IMG/VR virus record: IMGVR_UViG_3300028412_000004
Span: 32,001-96,000 of that record
DNA length: 64,000 bases
Direction: 5' to 3' (one strand)
Source: a virus
The notes beneath the pieces were generated by a model. That model was not told the origin of the DNA and did no database searches. It saw nothing but the letters and a program-made list of their open reading frames with translations. A program made the position numbers and the translations under genes. Each line of letters opens with the position of its first letter. The first letter of the stretch is position 1. Below are positions 1 to 8,906 of the stretch, piece by piece.

Positions 1-323
1 CATTCTACGCCTACACCAAAAGCTTGAAATTCTGGGTGAACCGCATGATCTACATCCCTAGTAACCTCCGCTTGACAGCAAGCAGAGGAGGTACGCACGA
101 TCACCTCATCGATGATCTACAACTCCGAAGCTCTGAAGTAGTATTTCACCCGGATGATGCTAAAGGTATGGAGATCGATCACGACGACAGCCATGCATAC
201 GGGGACAGTAAGAAATCATTCGCATTACTACTTCACGGGCAGCAGCCCAAGGATACACCCGCGGCTGCTGCCATCAAGCGGTTAAACAAAGAGAAAATAA
301 AATATAGCTATGCCAAAACGTAA
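1..323 (+). CDS. hypothetical protein, probably 5'-truncated by the window edge
   Basis: Frame of track ORF 24..323 is open back to the window start; overlaps the next gene; no family recognised. Confidence 0.5.
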   Translation, partial: FYAYTKSLKFWVNRMIYIPSNLRLTASRGGTHDHLIDDLQLRSSEVVFHPDDAKGMEIDHDDSHAYGDSKKSFALLLHGQQPKDTPAAAAIKRLNKEKIKYSYAKT

Positions 324-576
324 ATCTACAAAAAAAGAAGATGAGTTCACAGTACCTAAGCCTGACTCGGCTGAGGCAGGTCGCTTCCTGAACTCCATTA
401 ACCACAAGAACGCGCACCGGGTTAACCGGGAAATTGTTTGGCTTAAGGATTTTGACATGTATGAGGTTCAATTCGCAGGTCCTCAGCTCTCTGCGATAAT
501 GGACACCTTCACGTTCAAACATAAGGAGTCGGCGCAGAAATGCATCGATCACGCGAGTAGATTAAAGCCTGCATGA
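310..576 (+). CDS. hypothetical protein (non-structural island)
   Basis: 88 aa ORF packed between neighbours; ATGA overlap with the next gene. Confidence 0.6.
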   Translation: MPKRKSTKKEDEFTVPKPDSAEAGRFLNSINHKNAHRVNREIVWLKDFDMYEVQFAGPQLSAIMDTFTFKHKESAQKCIDHASRLKPA

Positions 577-821
577 CACCAGCCGTACGCAGGATGATAT
601 ACGATAAGGCCGTTTATCGTATGCAGTTATTTCGACGGGCGCAGGCTGTGTTGCTTTGGTATTTGCTGAGCTTGATACCTATCATACACTTACTCGACCT
701 GCATGAAGCAGATGTTCCATTATTCGGGACAGGTATTATCCTGCTGGCCGTCGCACATTACAGACGCCTCTATTGGAGGAAGGTCGCTTGCAATCACGAA
801 ACACAAACACACCAAAACTAA
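573..821 (+). CDS. small putative membrane protein
   Basis: Two hydrophobic stretches (AVLLWYLLSLIPII; LFGTGIILLAVA). Confidence 0.55.
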   Translation: MTPAVRRMIYDKAVYRMQLFRRAQAVLLWYLLSLIPIIHLLDLHEADVPLFGTGIILLAVAHYRRLYWRKVACNHETQTHQN

Positions 822-831
822 GTAGATTAAA

Positions 832-1125
832 ATGGAAACAACCAAAGAAATAAAACTAAAGGAAGTGCTCGCGAATACTCTTTTCGCAACTGGCGACAAC
901 GCAGAGGTGGACACATGGCGGAGTGACGGAGACGTCCGTAATGCTTACCGCCGGATAGCCGACGAGTTCCTGGAGAGTCTGACCGAAGCAGGTCTGCGCG
1001 TAAGTGTGAAGAACTCGAAGAAAGTCGACGAGGCCCTAGAAACCATAATCACCGTCCCGGCAGTACACGCTTACACCTTAGATGAGTTGGGATTAAAGAA
1101 GTCGCCTTCATCAATACTGGAATAA
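832..1125 (+). CDS. hypothetical protein
   Basis: 97 aa ORF with normal globular composition, in a tight gene run. Confidence 0.6.
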   Translation: METTKEIKLKEVLANTLFATGDNAEVDTWRSDGDVRNAYRRIADEFLESLTEAGLRVSVKNSKKVDEALETIITVPAVHAYTLDELGLKKSPSSILE

Positions 1126-1154
1126 GCCCTACCGCAGACCTCATATAGGCGGGT

Positions 1155-1187
1155 GCAAAAATACCCGTTGTTGCGTTATATAGAAAT
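1155..1187 (+). promoter_or_regulatory. island-type bipartite motif GCAAAAA-N13-GTTATATAGAAAT (candidate early promoter)
   Basis: Same motif and spacing at 8074-8106; both lie upstream of SD-led island genes. Confidence 0.55.
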
Positions 1188-1210
1188 AGGAGAACCGCCA
1201 CATCTCCATC

Positions 1211-1245
1211 AAGCGCCCAGCGAATTAGACAATCGTTGGGCGCTT
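1211..1245 (+). other. 13-bp hairpin in the leader of the 306 aa gene
   Basis: AAGCGCCCAGCGA / TCGTTGGGCGCTT with one G-U pair. Confidence 0.6.
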
Positions 1246-1283
1246 TCGTCTGTGGTATGTTATAACAAGCAAGGAAGGAAAAT

Positions 1284-2204
1284 ATGGACCCCAAGAAGAA
1301 AATGAAACTAAACGGGTTAGAGAGCGCCATGAGCGCCCTCAAACCCGTTCACAGCCGCCGGCGCTCCAAGCCTGCAGGGCGAGCGGTACATAAAAAGTCC
1401 ACCAGCGTGGTGGACTTAGAGTGCACGGAAGTCCACCAGGACTTCCTGGTCGTAGTTAAGGCGGGGCTTTGCCTCGTCTTGGATGCTGCGAACAAATCCG
1501 GGGTGACGACCTCGGATCTGTACGGCAAGGTGCCGTATCACAAGTTAGCGGCGGATTACTTCCGCCAAAATTGTGACGCTACACCTTTCTCGGTTATGCG
1601 CTTTTATAAGAAAGCGCGTCGCTGGGCACTCTCCCCTCAGACCTTCCCCTTAAAACAGGGAGAGTCTAACAACTCTAAGACAAAAGTCTTAGAGTTGCGG
1701 AGGGCTCCGACGGCCCTGTACGTCTTCCGCGGGGTAGCCCGCGCTGCCTCCAAGGCAGGCATTACTGAGACAGCCAATACACGGCTGGCGCAATACAAAA
1801 ATCTGCCTCTAGGACTTTTTCACAGCTTGTACAAGCTGGAAAATAAAATGGTCGCAGAATACGCGACCATGCGAGGTAATCCACCTGCGGAGCTGGTCAC
1901 CCCGCAGGTGATTGAAAAAGCTGAGGAGCTGGCTCCTAAAGCTGAGGAGCCAGCTCCTAAAGCTGAGTCCACAGCGCAGCTGCACTCAATCCGGGTGCAG
2001 TTAGCGGAGTATACTGACGACGGTCAGTATATTCAAAACTGGCAAGAGGAGTGGGACATCGAGGCCCCCTCCCACGCTGCGGCTTGCGCCTCAGCGCGCC
2101 AGCGCATAGAAAACAGGGATCCAGACTGGGTCCCTGTTAAGAAAGGTTCCGATTACCAACAGGTCATCGGAACCATATTGACGGACGCAGTTGCGTCCGT
2201 CTAG
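1284..2204 (+). CDS. basic hypothetical protein, possibly nucleic-acid binding
   Basis: 306 aa, Lys/Arg-rich N-terminus, SD-like AAGGAAGGA upstream. Confidence 0.65.
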   Translation: MDPKKKMKLNGLESAMSALKPVHSRRRSKPAGRAVHKKSTSVVDLECTEVHQDFLVVVKAGLCLVLDAANKSGVTTSDLYGKVPYHKLAADYFRQNCDATPFSVMRFYKKARRWALSPQTFPLKQGESNNSKTKVLELRRAPTALYVFRGVARAASKAGITETANTRLAQYKNLPLGLFHSLYKLENKMVAEYATMRGNPPAELVTPQVIEKAEELAPKAEEPAPKAESTAQLHSIRVQLAEYTDDGQYIQNWQEEWDIEAPSHAAACASARQRIENRDPDWVPVKKGSDYQQVIGTILTDAVASV

Positions 2205-2250
2205 GTTCATTTTCACCGCGGGGGACTGGAGACAGTCCCCCGCGGTGTTT
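2180..2250 (+). terminator. tandem perfect hairpins ending the first island (probable terminator)
   Basis: 9-bp stem 2180-2201 and 15-bp perfect stem 2214-2247 with a GAGA (GNRA) loop, followed by T-rich sequence. Confidence 0.7.
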
Positions 2251-2273
2251 GAATTTTACCTATCAGCTGAGAA

Positions 2274-2307
2274 TTGACTTATCGAGTTGAGTCGCTTCAA
2301 TACCTTT
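2274..2307 (+). promoter_or_regulatory. TTGACT..TTCAAT promoter, predicted leaderless
   Basis: -10-like hexamer ends 6 nt before ATG 2308. Confidence 0.55.
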
Positions 2308-2745
2308 ATGTATTACATTGAGGAAGCCAGGTTTGTTAAGTCCGCAGGGAGCTCATCCAGCTACACACTGGATCCGCAGAAGCTGCAAGAATGTGAAGGT
2401 ATCATGGATCAGATCTACCAGGAAAATCCTAACTACTGGCCCTACGGGCTGAGCCCCTCCCACATGGATGGAGGTCTCTACATGGTAAGACAGGCATCCG
2501 ACAACTCCCCGGTCGGGTTCGTAGGTTGGCAGGAGCGTAAGCGTGGGCATGAGAAGATCGGATACTACTCGGTTGGTATCCTGCCACAACACCGTAAGAT
2601 GGGTTTCGCTAAAGAGGCGGTTCGGCGTCTCATAGCTAAGAAAGCATCCGGGGTGGATCGTGTGGTGGCTATGATTCTGAAAGGAAACGAAAAAAGCGAA
2701 GGGCTTGCGCGTAATCTAGGGGTTGCGGTGGAGAGCGTCGGATAG
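2308..2745 (+). CDS. GNAT-family acetyltransferase
   Basis: YSVGILPQHRKMGFAKEAV matches the acetyl-CoA binding motif A; start moved to ATG 2308. Confidence 0.75.
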   Translation: MYYIEEARFVKSAGSSSSYTLDPQKLQECEGIMDQIYQENPNYWPYGLSPSHMDGGLYMVRQASDNSPVGFVGWQERKRGHEKIGYYSVGILPQHRKMGFAKEAVRRLIAKKASGVDRVVAMILKGNEKSEGLARNLGVAVESVG

Positions 2746-2755
2746 TGTTCCTGCG

Positions 2756-2792
2756 TTGACACTTACTAAACAGAGCGACAATTTACTATAAT
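2756..2792 (+). promoter_or_regulatory. TTGACA promoter candidate
   Basis: TTGACA 37 nt before ATG 2793; no SD. Confidence 0.5.
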
Positions 2793-5057
2793 ATGAACCC
2801 AACACTTTTAAATGCGATTAAACCGACTGGCTCAACCAAGTCCGCTTCCAAGGCCTCCATCCTAAAGCAGCTGGCGGGTTACAGCGGCGGCGGTGTACTG
2901 GGTTCTGCATTCTACGACCAGCTCCAAGGGCACGACATCCCTACCTCCTTAGACGACATCTCAAAGCAACGCGCTCTGAACTTTTTGTTCAATGCCGCTC
3001 TGGTCGGCGGAGGCTCTAAGATGCTGCGAAGTGGTCTAACCGGCGCAGGTAATACAACGCAGGCTTTAGCAGGATCCGCTACGGTGTTTTCACCTCCGTT
3101 CAAGGACCTTGCGCTGGCCGCCACTAAGCCGGTTATGAAGCTGTCGGATACCATGGATTCTCTCAAGGATAACCGCACCAGTAAGTTTTTAGCTGGTGGC
3201 GCTCTAGGGTTAGGTACTCTGGGGTTGGGCATGTATGGTCTTAGTAAGTATAAAGACCACGTCAAAGACGAAGAGGGTAACATAGAGATAGCACTTCCTA
3301 CTCGGGATCCGAACGACACTGAAACGGTTGTCCGCATGCCTATGTCACAAGTAAATATGTCCAAGAGTATGCGAGATAACATTGAGCGAGATATGCGTCG
3401 ACGTCTCCGGGCTGGCGGTAGTGAACGTACGAAGAAACGCGATCCGCAGACCGGAGACCTTATATCCAAATTTGAATACCAGCAGAAGTATGCAGCCTCC
3501 ACACCTCCTGGATCTATTACGCCTGCACCACCTCCTCCGCCTAATGCGCCTGCTGCAGGAGCTATGCTGCCTGCTAGTGTGCGCCAGCCAGCGCCTGTGG
3601 TTGATGCAGAAGTGCCCCAAGTAGACCCTGCTTTAGAGGCTGCACAGACTGAAGCCGCGCAAGCCGCGCAAGCCATACAGAGTGCCACGATGGAGAGGGA
3701 ACATCTGAAACTGGAGAACGAGAAACTGAAGGCTAAAGCTGAGGTTGCTGCCGGCGTTCCCGAAATACCTAGCGCAGAACTTTCTCCTGCGTTAAAAGCC
3801 CAGGCCTCCAGGGCTATGAAAGCAGTAGGAGGCGTTAAGATGGGCAGCAGCTCCGTATTCCTTCTGGCTCACGCGATCGCGGAAGTATACAGCACAAAGC
3901 GCGCACATTTCAAATCGGCTTCCGCCCGAGTTCCGTCGTCTTTAGGAAACAGTCCCGCTGTAGCCGCTGCGGAGGGTGTTAAGCCCAAAGTGAACAAGAT
4001 TACTAAACAAGTAGGGCCCAACAGTATGGCGCAGCCTGCAACTGCGCGTAACGCCGGAGGAGACTCTAAAGGTTACCTGCCTTACAACCGCGCAGACTAC
4101 GCAAACCTTACCGAATCACAGAAGGCGGAGCAGAGTGCTGCTCTTACTAAATACCACCGAGCGCAGATGGTAGAACCAAACTGGTTCGATAATATGACAA
4201 ACCGCGCAGGACGTGGTGAGAATATTTTCGGCGTAACTGAGGACGCATCAGGTTTTGCGAGAGGTGCCGGTGCTGTAGGAGACTTTTTAATAGGTACCCC
4301 CGTACGAGGTTACACACAGGCCGCTGACGCCTACGGACGCGCCGATGCAGCGCAGAGTCGTGGAGAAGAAATAGGTGCGCGTTACGATGGTTATAAAGGC
4401 CCAGGTGCGAAGCTGTGGAGCGATCTTACTAATAGGATAGAAGGTCGAAACGAATTTAAAGCCTACCAGGAAGAGATGGATGCTGCCAACGCGCTGACTG
4501 GTTTTCAAGGCCGTTTAGGTAAATTAAAAGCCCAAGCAACAGGGGGTCTTACGGCCGCAGGCGCCGCGGCGTCTGTTATACCGGCCACACGTCTTGCTTC
4601 AGGTCTAGGCACAACGGCAAGGGTTGGACTCAGCGCGTCCGGTATGGTGCCCGGGATGCTGTTCTCTAAAGGAGGTGTAAACCCGAACGATATCAGCGAC
4701 AGTGCAGCCAGAGATTACTTCTCACAAGCAGGCTCAGGTAGACCTGACATGCTGATGCCGCGACAGGGTGGAGGTTACTCTAATTATGCGCTCAACAACA
4801 TGAACGGTAATCCTTACCACAACGCCTTTTCGGGCGCGTCCAACTACGGCGGTAACGGTTGGTTAAACGCAGGCGTAAACCAAATCCTGCCGACTGTCAT
4901 GGGATACGCTGGGCAGAACCCTTCGTGGAACAACACAATGTCAGGAATGTATAGCGGCGGGTCACCACAGCGTAATCAAATGATGCAGGCCTTAAACTCT
5001 GGGATCAACCTTGGCGGAGGTTCGTTTAATCAAAAACTCTGGCCCGCAGCAGTATAA
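2793..5057 (+). CDS. putative internal virion/ejection protein with Gly-zipper helices and K-x-A sites
   Basis: 754 aa, Gly/Ala-rich, hydrophobic GxxxG helices, motifs KSAS, KYAA, KSAS, Pro-rich linker. Confidence 0.65.
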   Translation: MNPTLLNAIKPTGSTKSASKASILKQLAGYSGGGVLGSAFYDQLQGHDIPTSLDDISKQRALNFLFNAALVGGGSKMLRSGLTGAGNTTQALAGSATVFSPPFKDLALAATKPVMKLSDTMDSLKDNRTSKFLAGGALGLGTLGLGMYGLSKYKDHVKDEEGNIEIALPTRDPNDTETVVRMPMSQVNMSKSMRDNIERDMRRRLRAGGSERTKKRDPQTGDLISKFEYQQKYAASTPPGSITPAPPPPPNAPAAGAMLPASVRQPAPVVDAEVPQVDPALEAAQTEAAQAAQAIQSATMEREHLKLENEKLKAKAEVAAGVPEIPSAELSPALKAQASRAMKAVGGVKMGSSSVFLLAHAIAEVYSTKRAHFKSASARVPSSLGNSPAVAAAEGVKPKVNKITKQVGPNSMAQPATARNAGGDSKGYLPYNRADYANLTESQKAEQSAALTKYHRAQMVEPNWFDNMTNRAGRGENIFGVTEDASGFARGAGAVGDFLIGTPVRGYTQAADAYGRADAAQSRGEEIGARYDGYKGPGAKLWSDLTNRIEGRNEFKAYQEEMDAANALTGFQGRLGKLKAQATGGLTAAGAAASVIPATRLASGLGTTARVGLSASGMVPGMLFSKGGVNPNDISDSAARDYFSQAGSGRPDMLMPRQGGGYSNYALNNMNGNPYHNAFSGASNYGGNGWLNAGVNQILPTVMGYAGQNPSWNNTMSGMYSGGSPQRNQMMQALNSGINLGGGSFNQKLWPAAV

Positions 5058-5080
5058 ACAACTAGAAGGATCTCAATATT

Positions 5081-8035
5081 ATGCCACTGGGTATTAAAGA
5101 CAACGTCATTCAAGATGTTCTGGAAGAAGATGTAGACGTAGAGTTCACCAACTCGAATAAATTCTTTGGGTCGCACGCTAATCTGGTCCCGCTACAGTCG
5201 GCTGTGGCAGCCCCGCGTATATTCTACGGATCCCGCTTCATGAACCAAGCCCTCCCACTTATAGGAGCAGAGGCTCCTTTAGTGCAGAATCTCAACAGTG
5301 ACGATGAGCAGGGTCGCTCGTTCGACGAGCTGCAAGGCCGCGCGTCCGGCGCAGTGTTCTCGGACAGCGATGGACGTGTGAAGGATATTACGCCGGACTA
5401 CATCACCCTCGAAACTCCCGACGGTAAAGAGGTTCGTAGAAACCTCTACAACAACTTTATTTTCAACCGGAAAACTTCCATACATAACACGCCTCTAGTA
5501 GAGCTGGGGCAGTCGGTGAAAGCAGGACAGCTTTTAGCTAAGTCAAACTTCACAGATGATAAAGGCACGCTAGCGATGGGTCGTAATGCTCGCGTAGGCG
5601 TGGTTCCCTACAAAGGCTTCACAATGGATGACTCGATCGCAATTAGCAGCGACTTCGCCGGGAAGCTGTCTAGTGAGCATACCGAGACCTACAGCTTGGA
5701 GAAGGACAAAGTTATTAAAAGCGGCCTAAACCACTTCATCAGCCTGTTCCCGGATAAATACACCAAAGCGCAGAGAGCCACTATAACGCCCGACGGTGTT
5801 GTTAAAAAAGGTACTATCTTACAGGAGGGAGATCCTATGATACTCGCCTCTAAACCTCGTATGGTATCCAGCTCCGCCTCTCAGATGGGTAAGTTGTCGA
5901 AGGTCATGCGGGAGTCCCGCACAGATGCCAGCCAGCTGTGGGAATCCTCGAAGCCTGGTAAGGTGTTGGATGTCGTCAACACGCCCAAAGGTATTAAAGT
6001 TGTTGTACAGTCGATTAAACCTGCAGAGGAAGGTGATAAGATAGTCTACCGCTCCGGTCAGAAAGGGATCATATCTAAGATTATCCCAAACGAGCACATG
6101 CCTCGCACCACTGATGGTAAGCCTCTAGAGGTGCTGCTTAATCCACTCAGCATACCCAGTCGCGTGAACAACTCGATCATCTACGAGATTCTTTTAGGAA
6201 AGATCGCGCAGAAGACTGGTAAACCTATCAAGATGCCTGGCTTCACAAAACCTGGAGAAGAATGGTTCGACATCATACAGCGTGCTCTTGATGAAGCAGG
6301 TCTATCTGACACAGAGGAAGTATTTGATCCAATGTCAGGTAAGACACTGCAGAACCCGATCACCGTCGGCAACGGCTATGTCTTAAAGCTGCACCACACC
6401 GGTGCGTCGAAAGCATCCGCGAGAGGACAAGGAAGTTACTGCTACGACGAAGAAACTGAAGTACTCACTGACACAGGTTGGACAGCGTGGCCTGCTGTAA
6501 ACGCATCTCACAAATTGGCAACTCTCGACGATAGTGACAGTATTGTATTCCAGAAGCCTTCTGAACTCATAGCACAGGACTACTCAGGTGAGATGTATGG
6601 GTTCAAGGAGAGTAATTACATAGACTACCTAGTTACACCAGAACACGACCACTGGGTTAAGTTCCGCGGACCCGTATCTGAATACAGGAGGGTGAAAGCT
6701 AAGGATCTACACGGTAAAATGTTTTATGTAAAGCGGCAGGGCTTTAAATACACAGGAGGAGTAGATCCTAAGAGTACCACCATCCTGGAAGACGGACACG
6801 TCGAGCCTATAAAATTCGACTGGGGCGACTATGTTGAATTCATGGGTTGGTGGCTTACGGAAGGGTCTGTGCGTTTAAATGAGAACACCTCAGAGAATGA
6901 GGTCTACATACGGCAGAGCAAGCACACCAGTGAAGCTAACTTTTACAGAATCCAAAAACTTCTGGATCGTGTGGGCATCGCATACAGGGTCCACACAAAC
7001 AAAGAAAAGCAGAGTTTGGGATTCTGTATGAGCAGTAAGGCGCTGGCTCGACATCTTAAAGAATCCTGCGGTGGATCCGAGTGTGGTAATAAATCCATCA
7101 CACACACACTACTACACGCCTCGTATGCTAGTAGGATGCTTCTATACAATGTCATGATGCTGGGCGATGGTTGTCTAAGCACAGGAGTATACACCACATC
7201 ATCTAAAGCTCTCATAGACACTTTCCAGATCCTGGTAACAGGCTTGGGCTGGTCCGCAGTACCGCACTGCAGGGAAGTAAGGCCGACGACAGATGGCCCT
7301 GTATCGAACCCGGTCTACGAGACTACTACGTCGAAGAAGCGCGCTAACGCGCTGATACAGCAAGCACCTAGATACTCTGGAAAATTTTACACGAAACACT
7401 ACGAAGGTAGAATATATTGCGCAGTCATGGGAGGACGTGGATTACTCTACGTGCGTAGGTGTGGTAAGCCAATGTGGTCCGGTAACTCGCTCGACCAGCA
7501 GCCACTCAAAGGTGGTAGTGAAGGAGGTAAGGCTAAACGCTTCTCCGGGCTAGAGGTCGGCTCAATGCTGTCGGCCGGTGCCTACAAAACTTTACGGGAG
7601 GGCTCCACACTTCGCGGACAGCAGAATGACGAGTATTGGAGGCAGCTACGCCAGGGTAAAACACCCAGACGCCCCGGTGAACCTTTTGTTTGGCGTAAGT
7701 TCCAGACCTTGTTACAGGGCGCTGGTATGAATCCTCGCGACATGGGCGGAGGACAATTACGACTAGGCCCGCTCACCGAGACAGAGCTGCAAAAACGCAA
7801 ACCTTTCGAAATACGCAATGGGAAGATGGTTAACCTAAACTCGCTGGAACCTGAAGCTGGCGGGTTGTTTGACCCCGCTTTGGTAGGGTCTGGTAAGTGG
7901 GGCAAGATTCCGCTCGACATGGCTCTACCAAACCCTGCTTTCGAAAAACCTATACTGCGTTTACTGGGACTTACTCAGAAAGATTTCAACGCTATCATGG
8001 CTGGCGAAATGGAATTACCAGAGCGGTTGCGATAA
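5081..8035 (+). CDS. rpoB: RNA polymerase beta C-terminal part fused to beta' N-terminal part, intein-containing
   Basis: beta motifs GFTMDDSI, GDKIVYRSGQKG, NPLSIPSRVN, YVLKLHH, QQPLKGG; tail resembles beta' start (LRLGPLT..EPEAGGLFD..WGKIPL..NPAF). Confidence 0.92.
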   Translation: MPLGIKDNVIQDVLEEDVDVEFTNSNKFFGSHANLVPLQSAVAAPRIFYGSRFMNQALPLIGAEAPLVQNLNSDDEQGRSFDELQGRASGAVFSDSDGRVKDITPDYITLETPDGKEVRRNLYNNFIFNRKTSIHNTPLVELGQSVKAGQLLAKSNFTDDKGTLAMGRNARVGVVPYKGFTMDDSIAISSDFAGKLSSEHTETYSLEKDKVIKSGLNHFISLFPDKYTKAQRATITPDGVVKKGTILQEGDPMILASKPRMVSSSASQMGKLSKVMRESRTDASQLWESSKPGKVLDVVNTPKGIKVVVQSIKPAEEGDKIVYRSGQKGIISKIIPNEHMPRTTDGKPLEVLLNPLSIPSRVNNSIIYEILLGKIAQKTGKPIKMPGFTKPGEEWFDIIQRALDEAGLSDTEEVFDPMSGKTLQNPITVGNGYVLKLHHTGASKASARGQGSYCYDEETEVLTDTGWTAWPAVNASHKLATLDDSDSIVFQKPSELIAQDYSGEMYGFKESNYIDYLVTPEHDHWVKFRGPVSEYRRVKAKDLHGKMFYVKRQGFKYTGGVDPKSTTILEDGHVEPIKFDWGDYVEFMGWWLTEGSVRLNENTSENEVYIRQSKHTSEANFYRIQKLLDRVGIAYRVHTNKEKQSLGFCMSSKALARHLKESCGGSECGNKSITHTLLHASYASRMLLYNVMMLGDGCLSTGVYTTSSKALIDTFQILVTGLGWSAVPHCREVRPTTDGPVSNPVYETTTSKKRANALIQQAPRYSGKFYTKHYEGRIYCAVMGGRGLLYVRRCGKPMWSGNSLDQQPLKGGSEGGKAKRFSGLEVGSMLSAGAYKTLREGSTLRGQQNDEYWRQLRQGKTPRRPGEPFVWRKFQTLLQGAGMNPRDMGGGQLRLGPLTETELQKRKPFEIRNGKMVNLNSLEPEAGGLFDPALVGSGKWGKIPLDMALPNPAFEKPILRLLGLTQKDFNAIMAGEMELPERLR
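6440..7486 (+). mobile_element. intein with LAGLIDADG homing endonuclease (349 aa)
   Basis: Begins C-YDEETEVLT, ends WSGN before Ser+1; removal restores ARGQGSY-SLDQQP; motifs GWWLTEGS and MMLGDG. Confidence 0.9.
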
Positions 8036-8073
8036 GCTCCAAGGATTGGATTTTCATACATCCTCGGAAATAC

Positions 8074-8106
8074 GCAAAAACGAGTGTTTTCAGGTTATAT
8101 AAAAAT
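8074..8106 (+). promoter_or_regulatory. island-type bipartite motif GCAAAAA-N13-GTTATATAAAAAT
   Basis: Matches 1155-1187 in sequence and spacing. Confidence 0.55.
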
Positions 8107-8171
8107 GTAGAGTAGTGGTTCTATCTACACCACTTTGTTGGAACATGACCTGTGTGTGTTCCTAAAGCCCG

Positions 8172-8342
8172 CGCCGACCTCCTTACACGTCACACTGTAG
8201 TGGTTTGGATTGATTCTCTATTCCATTAGGGAGGTCGGCGTCTGGTAATTTTAAACCCTCCTCGGGTTAATAGAGGGTAGCAATCCGTAAAGCTACGTTC
8301 TGAGATTTCACTCAGATGGTTCTAACTCTCCCTGTCGGAGAG
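8172..8342 (+). ncRNA. candidate structured leader or small RNA
   Basis: 11-bp long-range stem 8172-8182/8230-8240 plus 6-bp stems 8299-8316 and 8326-8342 in a 369-nt non-coding gap. Confidence 0.35.
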
Positions 8343-8404
8343 TCCACTCACCTATAATCAATGGTGCTGACAAAAAAGATCGGAAAAAGGAGCTAAGCAA
8401 AACT

Positions 8405-8797
8405 ATGAAAAAAGGAATCAAAAAAGCTGGCCGCATGGCCACATCCGCAGTAATCACATCCTCTGCTTTCACAGGTAAATACCTGTGTTTAGGGCTCGCC
8501 GCCCCGCTGACTCTGATCTCCGCCACGGCGGAGCTCGGGCGGAAGCCCCTAAAAAAGGGCCAGGCAAGCTGCACGGAGGTGCTCGACCTCACAGAGGTCG
8601 AACGCTCGGAGGTGCGAATCATCCGCGCGAAGGCGCGGCTGATTCGCGCTAACGAGCGCCTCGAGTGCGCGAAGCACCGCGCCCTCGAGGTAGAAGCAGC
8701 GCGTGAGCAACGCGCTGCTGCGCGTGAGCAGCGCGCAGCAGCAAAGGAGGCAGTAGCGGCTAACGCCGCAACTGTCGGCGATCTCGTCAACGCCTAA
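8405..8797 (+). CDS. coiled-coil hypothetical protein (stand-alone island gene)
   Basis: SD AAGGAG upstream, Ala/Arg/Glu helical C-terminus, own terminator. Confidence 0.7.
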   Translation: MKKGIKKAGRMATSAVITSSAFTGKYLCLGLAAPLTLISATAELGRKPLKKGQASCTEVLDLTEVERSEVRIIRAKARLIRANERLECAKHRALEVEAAREQRAAAREQRAAAKEAVAANAATVGDLVNA

Positions 8798-8805
8798 CCT
8801 ACACA

Positions 8806-8850
8806 GGAAAGTGGTGGAGGGCTTCGGCCTTCCACCACTTTCCTTTTTTT
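8806..8850 (+). terminator. rho-independent terminator
   Basis: Long stem closed by a C-UUCG-G loop and followed by seven T. Confidence 0.9.
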
Positions 8851-8870
8851 AGCTATCAGCAGAATTAGGC

Positions 8871-8906
8871 TTGAAAATTTAAGAGACGCCTGCGAGTTTA
8901 CACCGT
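8871..8906 (+). promoter_or_regulatory. TTGAAA promoter candidate, predicted leaderless
   Basis: TTG 36 nt before ATG 8907; no SD. Confidence 0.45.

Noticed and set aside
8025-8040. GCGATAAGCT as an inverted left-hand partner of the island border motif
   Set aside because: The match needs two indels in 10 nt; too weak to support
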